A DNA stretch of 64,000 nucleotides from an uncultured Thermoplasmata archaeon (GTDB lineage Archaea; Thermoplasmatota; Thermoplasmata; Lutacidiplasmatales; UBA184), in assembly GCA_963749235.1 (NCBI GenBank), contig CAVVLV010000001.1, positions 1,147,039 through 1,211,038 of the forward strand, written 5' to 3'. Under the pieces are notes generated by a model. That model made no database searches. It was not told the DNA's origin and worked only from the letters and a program-made list of their open reading frames with translations. The position numbers and the translations under genes were made by a program. Below are positions 54,687 through 63,211 of the stretch, piece by piece; the stretch's first letter is position 1; each line of letters starts with the position of its first letter.

Positions 54687-55899
54687 CGGGCACGCGGGCG
54701 AGCAGTTCCTTCAACCCCGCGACGAGGACCTCGACATCCTCGGCGTTGTTGTAGAAGTAGAAGGACGCCCGCACATTGCCCGGGATGTTCCGCTCGGCGT
54801 ACCAGGAGTGGACACAGTGCCGTCCCGACCGGACCATCACGCCGTACCCTTCGTCCAGGAAGAGCGCCGCGTCGTGGGGGTCGATCCCTTCGATGGTGAA
54901 CGCGACGAGGCTCGGCCGGTCGTTGGGATCTTGGGGTCCCAAGATGCGGATCCGGGGCTCGCCGGCGAGAGCGTTCGTCAGCCGGGCATTCAGGTCCCGT
55001 TCGTGGGCCCGCATCTCCGTGGGGTCGAGCTGTTCCAAGTACCGGAGGGCGGCCCCCAGGCCGACGAGCCCCGCGTAGTTCTGGAGGCCGGCCTCGAACC
55101 GATATGGCGGTGGACGCAGTTCGTGCTCGGTGAGCGTGCTCCACTCTACCGTCTCCCCTCCCAGGAGGAGCGGTCGCAACGTGGCGAGACGCTCCGGGCT
55201 CGCCGCGAGGATGCCGGTCCCGGTCGGTCCCAGCATCTTGTGCCCGGACACGGCGTAGAAATCGACCCCCATCCGGTCGAGCTCGAGCGGGGCGTGGGGG
55301 GCGGCCTGACACCCGTCGAAGAGGACCTGCGCTCCGCGGTCGTGCGCGAGTTCCGTGATCTCTTCCACCGGAAGGCTCCGCCCATCCAGGTTCGACGTAT
55401 GGAACAAGCTGACGAGGCGCACCCCCTTGCGGAGCCGCTCTTCGAGGACCAGCTGGTCGAAGCCTCCCTCGTCCGAAAGCGGGAGGATCTCCACCCGGAT
55501 CCCTCGCTCCGTCGCCAATCGTTGCCAGACGATGAGGTTCGAGTTATGCTCCCGATCCGAGATCAGGACCCGCTCCCCGCGCTTCCACGGGAGCCCTTGC
55601 GCGACCAGGTTGATCGCCTCCGTCGAATTCCTGAGGAAGACGATCCCGCGCGGGTCGGCGACCCCGAGCCGATGCGCGAAGAGGGACCGGGTCTCCTCGT
55701 ACCGTCGGCCGACCTCCTCCGCGAACCGGTGAAGGCTGCGACCGCCGCACCCGGGGAAATCCCGGTAGTAGGAGGCGGTCGCGTCGAGGACGGCCTGGGG
55801 GACGAGCGACATGCAGGCGGAATCTAGGTAGACGGGCGGCAACCCGGACTCCCGCGGCCGCAGGGCGGGGAAGTCGCGTCGCCGGTCGGCGAGGCTCAT
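54532..55899 (-). CDS. class V aminotransferase / cysteine desulfurase (SufS/CsdA-like)
   Basis: 455-aa: VYLDSACMSL, FYAVSGHKMLGPTGTGIL (PLP lysine), RSGRHCVH. The last ~45 residues are Arg/Ala-rich and antisense to the PAC2 gene. Confidence 0.82.
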   Translation of the reverse strand: MSLADRRRDFPALRPRESGLPPVYLDSACMSLVPQAVLDATASYYRDFPGCGGRSLHRFAEEVGRRYEETRSLFAHRLGVADPRGIVFLRNSTEAINLVAQGLPWKRGERVLISDREHNSNLIVWQRLATERGIRVEILPLSDEGGFDQLVLEERLRKGVRLVSLFHTSNLDGRSLPVEEITELAHDRGAQVLFDGCQAAPHAPLELDRMGVDFYAVSGHKMLGPTGTGILAASPERLATLRPLLLGGETVEWSTLTEHELRPPPYRFEAGLQNYAGLVGLGAALRYLEQLDPTEMRAHERDLNARLTNALAGEPRIRILGPQDPNDRPSLVAFTIEGIDPHDAALFLDEGYGVMVRSGRHCVHSWYAERNIPGNVRASFYFYNNAEDVEVLVAGLKELLARVPVSGTSAGKTTPKAPSGTGRPRAAGSSRAAARSARPRRRAGPRPRASARGSS

Positions 55900-57092
55900 C
55901 CGATCCCCCGTTGAAGTCCCTCGGCGGACGCAGCGAGGGCGGCCGCCCCGATCACGAGCGAGCGCTCGTCCGGAGCGAAGGTGGCGGAGTGAAGGCTCGC
56001 CGGACGGCCGGCGATGCCCACGCCGAGACGGAGGAAGGTGCCGGGAACCCGTTCCAGATACCGGGAGAAGTCTTCCGCCCCCATGATCGGCTCGGGGACT
56101 TCGACGGCCGCCTCTTTACCGAACTCCCGGGCGAGCGCGTCGGCCACGACCCGGGTCGCGGTCGGATCATTGACGAGCGGCGGGTATCCGATGAAGTACT
56201 CGATACGCACCTTTGCGCCCCACCCCGCCGCGATCGCACGGACGCGCCGGCGCAACGAGCTCTCCATGAGCTCCCGGGTCGCGGTTGACAAGGTCCGCAC
56301 CGTTCCTTCGAGGACCACTTCGTCCGGCAGGATGTTGTTCCGGGTGCCGCCGTGGATCGAACCGACGCTGACCACTACCGGATCGACCGGGTTGCGGACG
56401 CGGCTCACAAGTGTCTGAAGCCCGACCACGATCTCGCTGGCCACGACGACGGCGTCGGGTCCCTGGTGGGGCGTGGCTGCGTGCCCGCCCTTTCCTCGGA
56501 CGGTCAGACGGAAATGATCCGCCGCTGCCATCATGGGGCCGGCGCGCCAGCCGACCTGACCGAGCGGCAACGTCGGGATAACATGCTGACCGACCACAAA
56601 ATCGACCTTGGGATCCTTGAGACATCCGTCCTCGATGAGCGGCAAGGCTCCGCCGCGGCTACCGTCCTCTTCGGCGGGTTGGAAGATCAGCTTCACGGGA
56701 CCGGCCAGGGGCCGGGGCGGTCGTTGCAGGATGGCCGCGGCGCCGAGCAGACTCGCCAGGTGCACATCATGGCCGCAGGCGTGCATGCGACCGGGATGCT
56801 TCGACTCGAACGGCAATCCGGTCTCCTCGATCACGGGAAGACCGTCCATGTCGGCGCGGAGCGCGACCACCGGCCCCGACCGGTCGCCCCCGATAAGGCC
56901 GACGACCCCGTAGTGGTCCTCGTAGGTCCGGAACGGGATGTTCATCTCCTCCAGCGCACGGACCACCTTGTCGCGAGTCCGTTCCTCGTGGGAGGAGAGT
57001 TCCGGCTCCTGATGGAACGCGGTGCGCCAGGCCCGCATCGCCGGAAGGGTCCGGCGGGCCGCCGGCGTCCACGGCTCCCAGGCCCCGGGCAT
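55896..57092 (-). CDS. M20-family amidohydrolase (N-acyl-amino-acid amidohydrolase type)
   Basis: 398-aa: FHQEPELSSHEERT, ALRADMDGLP, MHACGHDVH. Confidence 0.82.
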   Translation of the reverse strand: MPGAWEPWTPAARRTLPAMRAWRTAFHQEPELSSHEERTRDKVVRALEEMNIPFRTYEDHYGVVGLIGGDRSGPVVALRADMDGLPVIEETGLPFESKHPGRMHACGHDVHLASLLGAAAILQRPPRPLAGPVKLIFQPAEEDGSRGGALPLIEDGCLKDPKVDFVVGQHVIPTLPLGQVGWRAGPMMAAADHFRLTVRGKGGHAATPHQGPDAVVVASEIVVGLQTLVSRVRNPVDPVVVSVGSIHGGTRNNILPDEVVLEGTVRTLSTATRELMESSLRRRVRAIAAGWGAKVRIEYFIGYPPLVNDPTATRVVADALAREFGKEAAVEVPEPIMGAEDFSRYLERVPGTFLRLGVGIAGRPASLHSATFAPDERSLVIGAAALAASAEGLQRGIG

Positions 57093-57113
57093 CGGATGCG
57101 GAACGGACCGTGC

Positions 57114-57121
57114 GTTATAAT
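57114..57121 (-). promoter_or_regulatory. TATA box (minus-strand ATTATAAC) for the M20 amidohydrolase / aminotransferase pair
   Basis: Centred ~26 nt upstream of the ATG at 57092. Confidence 0.45.
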
Positions 57122-57137
57122 GCGCGCGGGAGTGCGC

Positions 57138-57895
57138 TCAGCGTCGACGGGCTCGACGCCCGGGCGGACCACCGCGGATGGTCCGCTCCGCCGGGGGCGT
57201 GGGGCGGAACGAAGTGATCTCCTCGACCCGGTGGCGGGTCGGACGCGCCCGACCGAAGCGGTTGAACCAGACCGGCCGGATCCCGGCCGCATGGGCGCCG
57301 AGGACATCGTCGGTCCAGGAGTTCCCAACCATCACCGCGTCGCGGGGACCGACGTGGGCCGCCTCCAATGCGGCCCGGAAGATCGCGGGTCCGGCTTGGC
57401 GACCCCCACAGCCTCCGAGATGATCAGATGGTCGACGAGCTCGGAGATCCCGAGGAAGTTCAGCTTCTCGACCTGTTCCGCGACCTGGTTGTTCGTCACG
57501 ATGCCGATGGGGACCGTCCGGGCCATCCTTCGGACGAGCTCGACCGCTCCCGGCACCGGGCGGCGGAGGCGCAAGTACTGCTTGCGATAGAGAGAGGAGA
57601 TCGCCCGAGCCTCCCCGGTGTCGAGGTTCCAGCCGACCGAAGAGGCCAAGGCGCGGAACCGGCCCGCCCGCGCTTCCTCGTAGACGCGGGGGGGATGCCC
57701 GACCGAGCCCAAAGTCAGGTCCGACGCATTCAGTCGTTCCTCGTACCGGTGCCAAAGGTCGTCGAGAGACCGCGACGTAAACCGGGGTTCGGTCCGAACG
57801 ACCTCGGCGAGGGCGGCCCGGCACGTCAAGGAGTGGTCGAAGAGCGTGTCGTCGAGGTCGAACAGGACGAGCGCGGGAGGTGGAACCGACGGCAC
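57138..57895 (-). CDS. HAD-superfamily hydrolase, single-base deletion at ~57386
   Basis: Motif I LVLFDLDDTL, motif II IGIVTNN and ISEAVGVAKPDP are in one frame. AIFRAALEAAHVGPRDAVMVGNSWTDDVLGAHAAG (motifs III/IV) is in another. The start is either GTG 57895 or TTG 57922. Confidence 0.75.
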
Positions 57896-58007
57896 GTACA
57901 GTAGCAGCGGTGAGGCTCTCAAAACGGCTGGGGTCGGGCTCGCGAAGGCCCTCGTTCCCTACCGGAGCGCCCGGGCTTCGCCGAGGGGGCGGACCAATAA
58001 GCGCTCC

Positions 58008-58050
58008 TTTTTATAGTAGCCTTGAATTACTTGTAATGTAAATCGAAGCG
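58008..58050 (+). promoter_or_regulatory. AT-rich island with TATA-like elements (TTTTTATA; ATGTAAAT) upstream of dnaK
   Basis: ~45 bp of markedly AT-rich sequence in a GC-rich spacer, 45-90 nt upstream of the dnaK ATG. It could also serve the divergent HAD gene. Confidence 0.45.
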
Positions 58051-58095
58051 GTTGGGGGCCGGCTTTTGGGCCGTCGATCCTTCGGGAAAACCACC

Positions 58096-60000
58096 ATGGC
58101 AAAGATCATCGGAATCGACCTCGGAACCAGCAACTCGGCGGCCGCCTTCTTGGAAGGGGGTCGCCCGGCGATCATCCCGAGCGCCGAAGGGACGACCGTG
58201 GGCGGCGGCAAGGCGTTCCCCTCGTACGTCGCCTTCACGAAGGACGGACAGCTCATCGTCGGGGAGCCGGCTCGACGCCAGGCGATCTCCAACCCGGAAG
58301 GGACGGTCACCGCCTTCAAGCGGAAGATGGGGACCGACTACCATTACACGCTGCACGGCAAACCCTACACGCCGCAGCAGCTGTCGGCGTTCCTCCTCCA
58401 GAAGATCAAGCGGGACGCCGAGGCGTTCCTCGGCGAGAAGATCGAGAAGGCGGTCATCACCGTCCCCGCCTACTTCAACGACAACCAGCGCCAGGCGACG
58501 AAGGACGCGGGCGCCATCGCCGGCCTCGATGTCGTGCGGATCATCAACGAGCCGACCGCCGCGAGCCTGGCGTACGGCCTCGACAAGGCGGGCAAGAACC
58601 AGAAGATCCTTGTCTTCGACCTGGGCGGGGGCACCCTCGATGTCACGATCATGGACTTCGGCGACGGGGTGTTCGAGGTCCTTTCCACGAGCGGCGACAC
58701 GCAGCTCGGTGGCACCGACATGGACAGTTCGATCACCGACTGGATCGCGGCCGAATTCCAGAAGGAATCCGGGGTCGACGTCCGCAAGGACAAGATGGCG
58801 GCCCAGCGCGTTCGGGACGCCGCCGAGAAGGCGAAGATCGAGCTCTCCTCCACCCTCGAGACCCAGGTCAACCTCCCCTTCCTGACCGCGACCTCGGACG
58901 GACCGAAGCACCTCGCGGTGACCCTGTCGCGGGCCAAGCTCGAGGAGCTGGTCCGCCCGATCGTCGACCGGTGCAAGGGCCCTGTTGAGCAAGCAATCCG
59001 CGACGCGAAGCTGGCGAAGGACCAGATCAGCCGTATCGTCCTCGTCGGCGGTCCGACGCGGATGCCGATCGTTCAGAAGTTCCTCGAACAGGCCGTTGGG
59101 CGCCCGATCGAACGCGGCGTGGACCCGATGGAGTGCGTCGCGCTCGGCGCCGCCGTCCAGGGCGGGGTCCTCGCGGGTGAGGTCAAGGACGTCCTCCTGC
59201 TGGACGTCACGCCGCTCTCGCTCGGCGTGGAGACCATGGGCGGAGTGGCAACCAAGCTGATCGAGCGCAACACCACGATCCCGACCCGAAAGAGCCAGAT
59301 CTTCACGACGGCCGCCGACAACCAGTCGTCGGTCGAGATCAAGGTCTTCCAGGGAGAGCGGCCCCTCTCCGCCGACAACGTCGCGCTCGGCAGCTTCCTC
59401 CTGACCGGGATCCCTCCCGCCCCGCGGGGGACCCCGCAGGTCGAGGTCGGGTTCGACATCGACGCCAACGGGATCCTGAGCGTTTCCGCGAAGGACTTGG
59501 CGACGGGACGGAAGCAGGGGATCACGATCACCGCGGCGAACAAGCTCTCCAAGGACGAGGTGCAGAAGATGGTGCACCAGGCCGAGGAGTTCGCCTCGAC
59601 CGACCGGGAGCGGGCGGAGCTCGTCACGGCGAAGAACCAAGCCGAGTCGCTCGCCTACGAGGCCGAGCGCGTCCTCGCGGACTCGAAGGACAAGATCGAG
59701 GAGGCGGACGCCGCGGACGTGACCGGGAAGGTCGCGGCCGTCCGGCAGACGCTCCAGGCCAAGGACGCCACGGCCGCCCAGCTCCACGACCAGACCGATG
59801 CCCTGACGAAGGCGTTGCACGCCATCGCTCAGAAGCTGTACCAGCAGGCCGCAGCGAGCCCGCCGGGACCGTCGGCCGATTCCGGTGGACCGAGTGAGCC
59901 CACGCCCCCTCCCAGCGACGCCGGTCCCTCCTCCGGTCCCGTGGACGCCGACTTCAAGGTCGTCGACGAGGACACGGGCAAGGAGAAAGGCGACTCCTAG
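58096..60000 (+). CDS. dnaK: molecular chaperone DnaK (Hsp70)
   Basis: 634-aa from [14 protein letters not shown]. Also DLGGGTLDV and [10 protein letters not shown]. The ORF track starts 10 codons earlier at an alternative start. Confidence 0.93.
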   Translation: MAKIIGIDLGTSNSAAAFLEGGRPAIIPSAEGTTVGGGKAFPSYVAFTKDGQLIVGEPARRQAISNPEGTVTAFKRKMGTDYHYTLHGKPYTPQQLSAFLLQKIKRDAEAFLGEKIEKAVITVPAYFNDNQRQATKDAGAIAGLDVVRIINEPTAASLAYGLDKAGKNQKILVFDLGGGTLDVTIMDFGDGVFEVLSTSGDTQLGGTDMDSSITDWIAAEFQKESGVDVRKDKMAAQRVRDAAEKAKIELSSTLETQVNLPFLTATSDGPKHLAVTLSRAKLEELVRPIVDRCKGPVEQAIRDAKLAKDQISRIVLVGGPTRMPIVQKFLEQAVGRPIERGVDPMECVALGAAVQGGVLAGEVKDVLLLDVTPLSLGVETMGGVATKLIERNTTIPTRKSQIFTTAADNQSSVEIKVFQGERPLSADNVALGSFLLTGIPPAPRGTPQVEVGFDIDANGILSVSAKDLATGRKQGITITAANKLSKDEVQKMVHQAEEFASTDRERAELVTAKNQAESLAYEAERVLADSKDKIEEADAADVTGKVAAVRQTLQAKDATAAQLHDQTDALTKALHAIAQKLYQQAAASPPGPSADSGGPSEPTPPPSDAGPSSGPVDADFKVVDEDTGKEKGDS

Positions 60001-60016
60001 ATCCGCTCCCGCTGCC

Positions 60017-61147
60017 TCAGTGGCCGGGGAGCGGCCGGGGCCACTGTCGGCCCTTCGCCGGGCCGACGTACTCGACCTCGGGCCGGATCATGCGGTTGTC
60101 GGCCGCCTGCTCGAGGGCGTGGGCGGTCCAGCCGGCCGTCCGTGCGACCGCGAAGGTGGGCGTGAACAGCTCCCGGGGAAGGCCCACGGACTCCAAGACG
60201 ACCGCGCTGTAGAACTCGACGTTCGTGAAGAGGCGCGCCCCCGGTTTCGCGGCGCGCAGCGCCGTGAGCGCGCTCTCCTCGACCGCCTCGGCCAAGCGGA
60301 GACGGACCGGGTCGGCGACCTCCCGGGCAACCCGATGAAGGACGAAGGAGCGCGGGTCGTCGGCCTTGTAGGCCCGGTGGCCGAACCCGAAGAGGACCTC
60401 CTTCCGGGCCAGCCGTTCGGCGATCCAGGCGTCCGCCCGTTCGGGGGATCCGATCGCGTCCAACATGTCCGACACCTTGCTCGGGGCCCCGCCGTGCACC
60501 GGCCCCTTCAAGGTCGCCAGTCCGGCGGTCGCCGCGCTGGCGAGGTCGGATTGCGTCGAGATCGCCACCCGGAGGGCGAACGTCGAGGCGTTCATCCCGT
60601 GGTCCGCGAGGAGTACCAGATAGGATTCCAGGGCCCGCACCCGCACCGGGTCGGGCTCCCCGCCCGTGATCATCGTGAGGTAGTTGGCGGCGTGGGAGAG
60701 GTCGGTCCGGGGGGCGATCGGGGCGAGGCCCTTCGACCGGCGAACGTGCCGGGCGAGCAGCACGGGGGTTTGCGCGATGAGACGGAATCCCTCCTCCATG
60801 CGCGGCGGATACCCGAAGCTCCCGTCGCCGAGGGCCGAGAGAATGGTTCGGAGCGCCTCCAGCGGAGGGAGGGTGGGCGCCAGGGCGTCGACCACCTTCT
60901 CCACGGCGGTCGGGGGGAGGTGCTGGTCGCGGAGCGCCGCCGCCACCTCGGGGGAGGGGTCCCGCGAGGGAGGCTCCCCAAAGAGAATGAGATGGACCGC
61001 CGACTCGTAGGGGATGCCGGGGACGAGATCGCGAACATCAAACCCCCGATACACGAGGTCGCCGGTTTCGCCGCCCACCCACGAGATCGAGGAGCGGTCG
61101 ACCACCACGTGGTCGAGCCCCTTCGAGATCCCGGGCGACGCGGCCAT
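60017..61147 (-). CDS. citrate synthase (2-methylcitrate synthase family)
   Basis: 376-aa from MAASPGISKGLDHVVV. Contains LLADHGMNASTF, GPVHGGA, GFGHRAYK. Confidence 0.88.
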   Translation of the reverse strand: MAASPGISKGLDHVVVDRSSISWVGGETGDLVYRGFDVRDLVPGIPYESAVHLILFGEPPSRDPSPEVAAALRDQHLPPTAVEKVVDALAPTLPPLEALRTILSALGDGSFGYPPRMEEGFRLIAQTPVLLARHVRRSKGLAPIAPRTDLSHAANYLTMITGGEPDPVRVRALESYLVLLADHGMNASTFALRVAISTQSDLASAATAGLATLKGPVHGGAPSKVSDMLDAIGSPERADAWIAERLARKEVLFGFGHRAYKADDPRSFVLHRVAREVADPVRLRLAEAVEESALTALRAAKPGARLFTNVEFYSAVVLESVGLPRELFTPTFAVARTAGWTAHALEQAADNRMIRPEVEYVGPAKGRQWPRPLPGH

Positions 61148-61243
61148 GGTCCCTCGAAGCCGGTCCCCGCTTAGCCTCGCCGGACGGATCGTACGCTCCC
61201 GCCGGCGGCAAACGCTAAAGAGCGGTCGCACGTCGTGCGACCG

Positions 61244-61486
61244 ATGGTGGACTCCCCAACCAGCCTGGTCGAGCGGCTGGTCTCCCAGCGGGTCACGTTG
61301 TTCCTGAAGGATACCCGCCAGCTCTCCGGGAAGCTCTTGGGCGTCGACGAGCACATGAACCTCGTCCTGGACGATGCCGATGAGACCACCTCGGAGATCA
61401 GTCGCCACTTGGGACGCGTCGTCCTCCGCGGGTCGAACGTGGTGACCCTGCACTCGCCTCAGGGCGCGGCCTCGAAGCCCACCTGA
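61244..61486 (+). CDS. Sm-like (LSm/SmAP) RNA-binding protein
   Basis: ATG at 61244 is 26 nt downstream of CTAAAGAG. Sm1/Sm2 motifs: VTLFLKDTRQLSGKLLGVDEHMNLVLDDA...VVLRGSNVV. Confidence 0.82.
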   Translation: MVDSPTSLVERLVSQRVTLFLKDTRQLSGKLLGVDEHMNLVLDDADETTSEISRHLGRVVLRGSNVVTLHSPQGAASKPT

Positions 61487-61488
61487 AC

Positions 61489-62190
61489 GTGCCCGCCACG
61501 GCCACCCCCCCCAATCCGGTCCGGCCGCGGCCCAAGGGGGAGGCGCTCGCCGTTCTCCGTCTCTTGGCCCAGCTCGGAGCCGACCATACGGCCGCCGTCC
61601 TCACGTCGCGCGAGGTCGGGGACCGGCTCGGGGTCAGTCAGCAGGCCGCCGACCGGTACCTCGTCGCGCTCGAGAAGCGCGGACTTCTCACGCGATCCCT
61701 GGCCCAGCGCCGGCAGCGCCTCCTGCTGACCCCCGCCGCGATGGAGTTGCTCCGGGTCGAGTACCATTCCTACCGACGCATCTTCGAGGGGCCTGCCCGC
61801 ATCACGTTCGACGGCAAAGTGGCGAGCGGCCTCGGCGAGGGACGGTACTACCTCTCCCAGCCGGGGTACGTGGTCCAGTTCTCCGAGCGACTCGGGTATT
61901 CGCCGTATCCCGGCACGCTGAACGTCCGAGTCGGCGGTGAGGCGCTGCGCCAGGTCGGTGCGGTCGCCCATTGGACCGGCCTGCGGATCGATGGATTCCA
62001 GGCGAGCGGGCGAACGTTTGGGGGGGCGACGTGCTTTGCCGCCCGGATGAACGGACATCGCTGCCATCTCATCCACCCGGACCGGTCGCACTACAAAGAC
62101 GTGGTCGAGTTCGTCGCGGCCGACTGCCTCCGCGACGCCCTCGGGCTCAAGGACGACGACACTGTGACACTGGACCTCGAGGAATCGTGA
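61489..62190 (+). CDS. ribK: bifunctional winged-helix regulator / CTP-dependent riboflavin kinase (RbkR type)
   Basis: 233-aa. N-terminal wHTH (REVGDRLGVSQQAADRYLVALEKRGLL). C-terminal archaeal RibK domain (GKVASGLGEGRYYLS...YPGTLNV...GGATCFAA). Confidence 0.8.
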   Translation: MPATATPPNPVRPRPKGEALAVLRLLAQLGADHTAAVLTSREVGDRLGVSQQAADRYLVALEKRGLLTRSLAQRRQRLLLTPAAMELLRVEYHSYRRIFEGPARITFDGKVASGLGEGRYYLSQPGYVVQFSERLGYSPYPGTLNVRVGGEALRQVGAVAHWTGLRIDGFQASGRTFGGATCFAARMNGHRCHLIHPDRSHYKDVVEFVAADCLRDALGLKDDDTVTLDLEES

Positions 62191-63211
62191 CGCCCGAATC
62201 GCTCGCCCGGACGGTCGCCCGTGAGCGACGGCCCGAACCGGCGGCCCCTGCGGACGCCCGTCGGTACGTGAACCAGTGGGTGGAGCGAGAAGCGATCGGA
62301 CCGGACGAGGTCGCCGCGTTCGTCCTAATCCTCCGTACGCGGGGCTGCTACTGGGCGGACCAGAAGGGCTGCTCGATGTGCGGCTACGCGAAGGACACGC
62401 TCGGGCGTTCCGCCACGGCGGACGAGCTCTCCGAGCAGCTCGACCGGGCCCTGGCGCGCTACCGGGGGGAACCGTACGTCAAGGTCTACACTTCGGGGAG
62501 CTTCTTGGACGACCGCGAGGTCGACGGGCCGAGCCGGCTCGCTCTCGTCCGGGCGTTCTCTGGCAAGGCTCGTCGGTTGCTCTTCGAGACGCTCCCCGAG
62601 TTCGCGACGCCGGAGGCCTTGACCCCGCTCCGGGAAGCGTTCTCGGGGGAGCTGGAAGTGGCGTTGGGCCTCGAATCGACGGACCCGAACGTTCTCGGCC
62701 GGCTGGTGCACAAGAACGCCCCGCCCTCCGAGTACCTGGACGCGGGCGATCGGGTCCGCCGCCTGGGCCTCCGGGCGAAGGCCTACCTCTTGCTGAAACC
62801 GCCCTACCTCACGGAGCAGGAAGCGGTGCGAGACGTCCTCGCCTCCATCGCCGAGGCGAGCGGACGGTTCGACGCCCTCTCGGTCAACCCGGTCCACATC
62901 CAGAACGGAACCGTGGTCGAGTGGCTCTACCGGCGCGGCCGGTACCGCCCGCCTTGGCTCTGGTCCGTCGTGGAGACGCTGCGCCGCGGAGCGGCCGACA
63001 AGGGGTCCGCTCGGCTCGTCTCGTTCCCCACCGCCGGCGGCCTTCCCCGCGGACCCCATAACTGCGGGAAGTGCGACGCGCGAGGTACCTGGAGGCGATC
63101 GAGACCGCCTCCCTGCGGCAGGACTTCACGGTCCTGGACTCCCTCGAGTGCGACTGCCGGGCCGACTGGGAACGACTCGGGAGGATCGAGCCGCTGGGGG
63201 TCGAGGCGTGA
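62187..63211 (+). CDS. radical SAM protein of the COG1244/TIGR01210 family (RaSEA-like, archaeosine pathway), single-base deletion at ~63084
   Basis: GTGA overlap with the ribK stop. LILRTRGCYWADQKGCSMCGY cluster motif. After GPHNCGKCDAR the conserved continuation YLEAIETASLRQDF...* is in the -1 frame. Confidence 0.7.
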
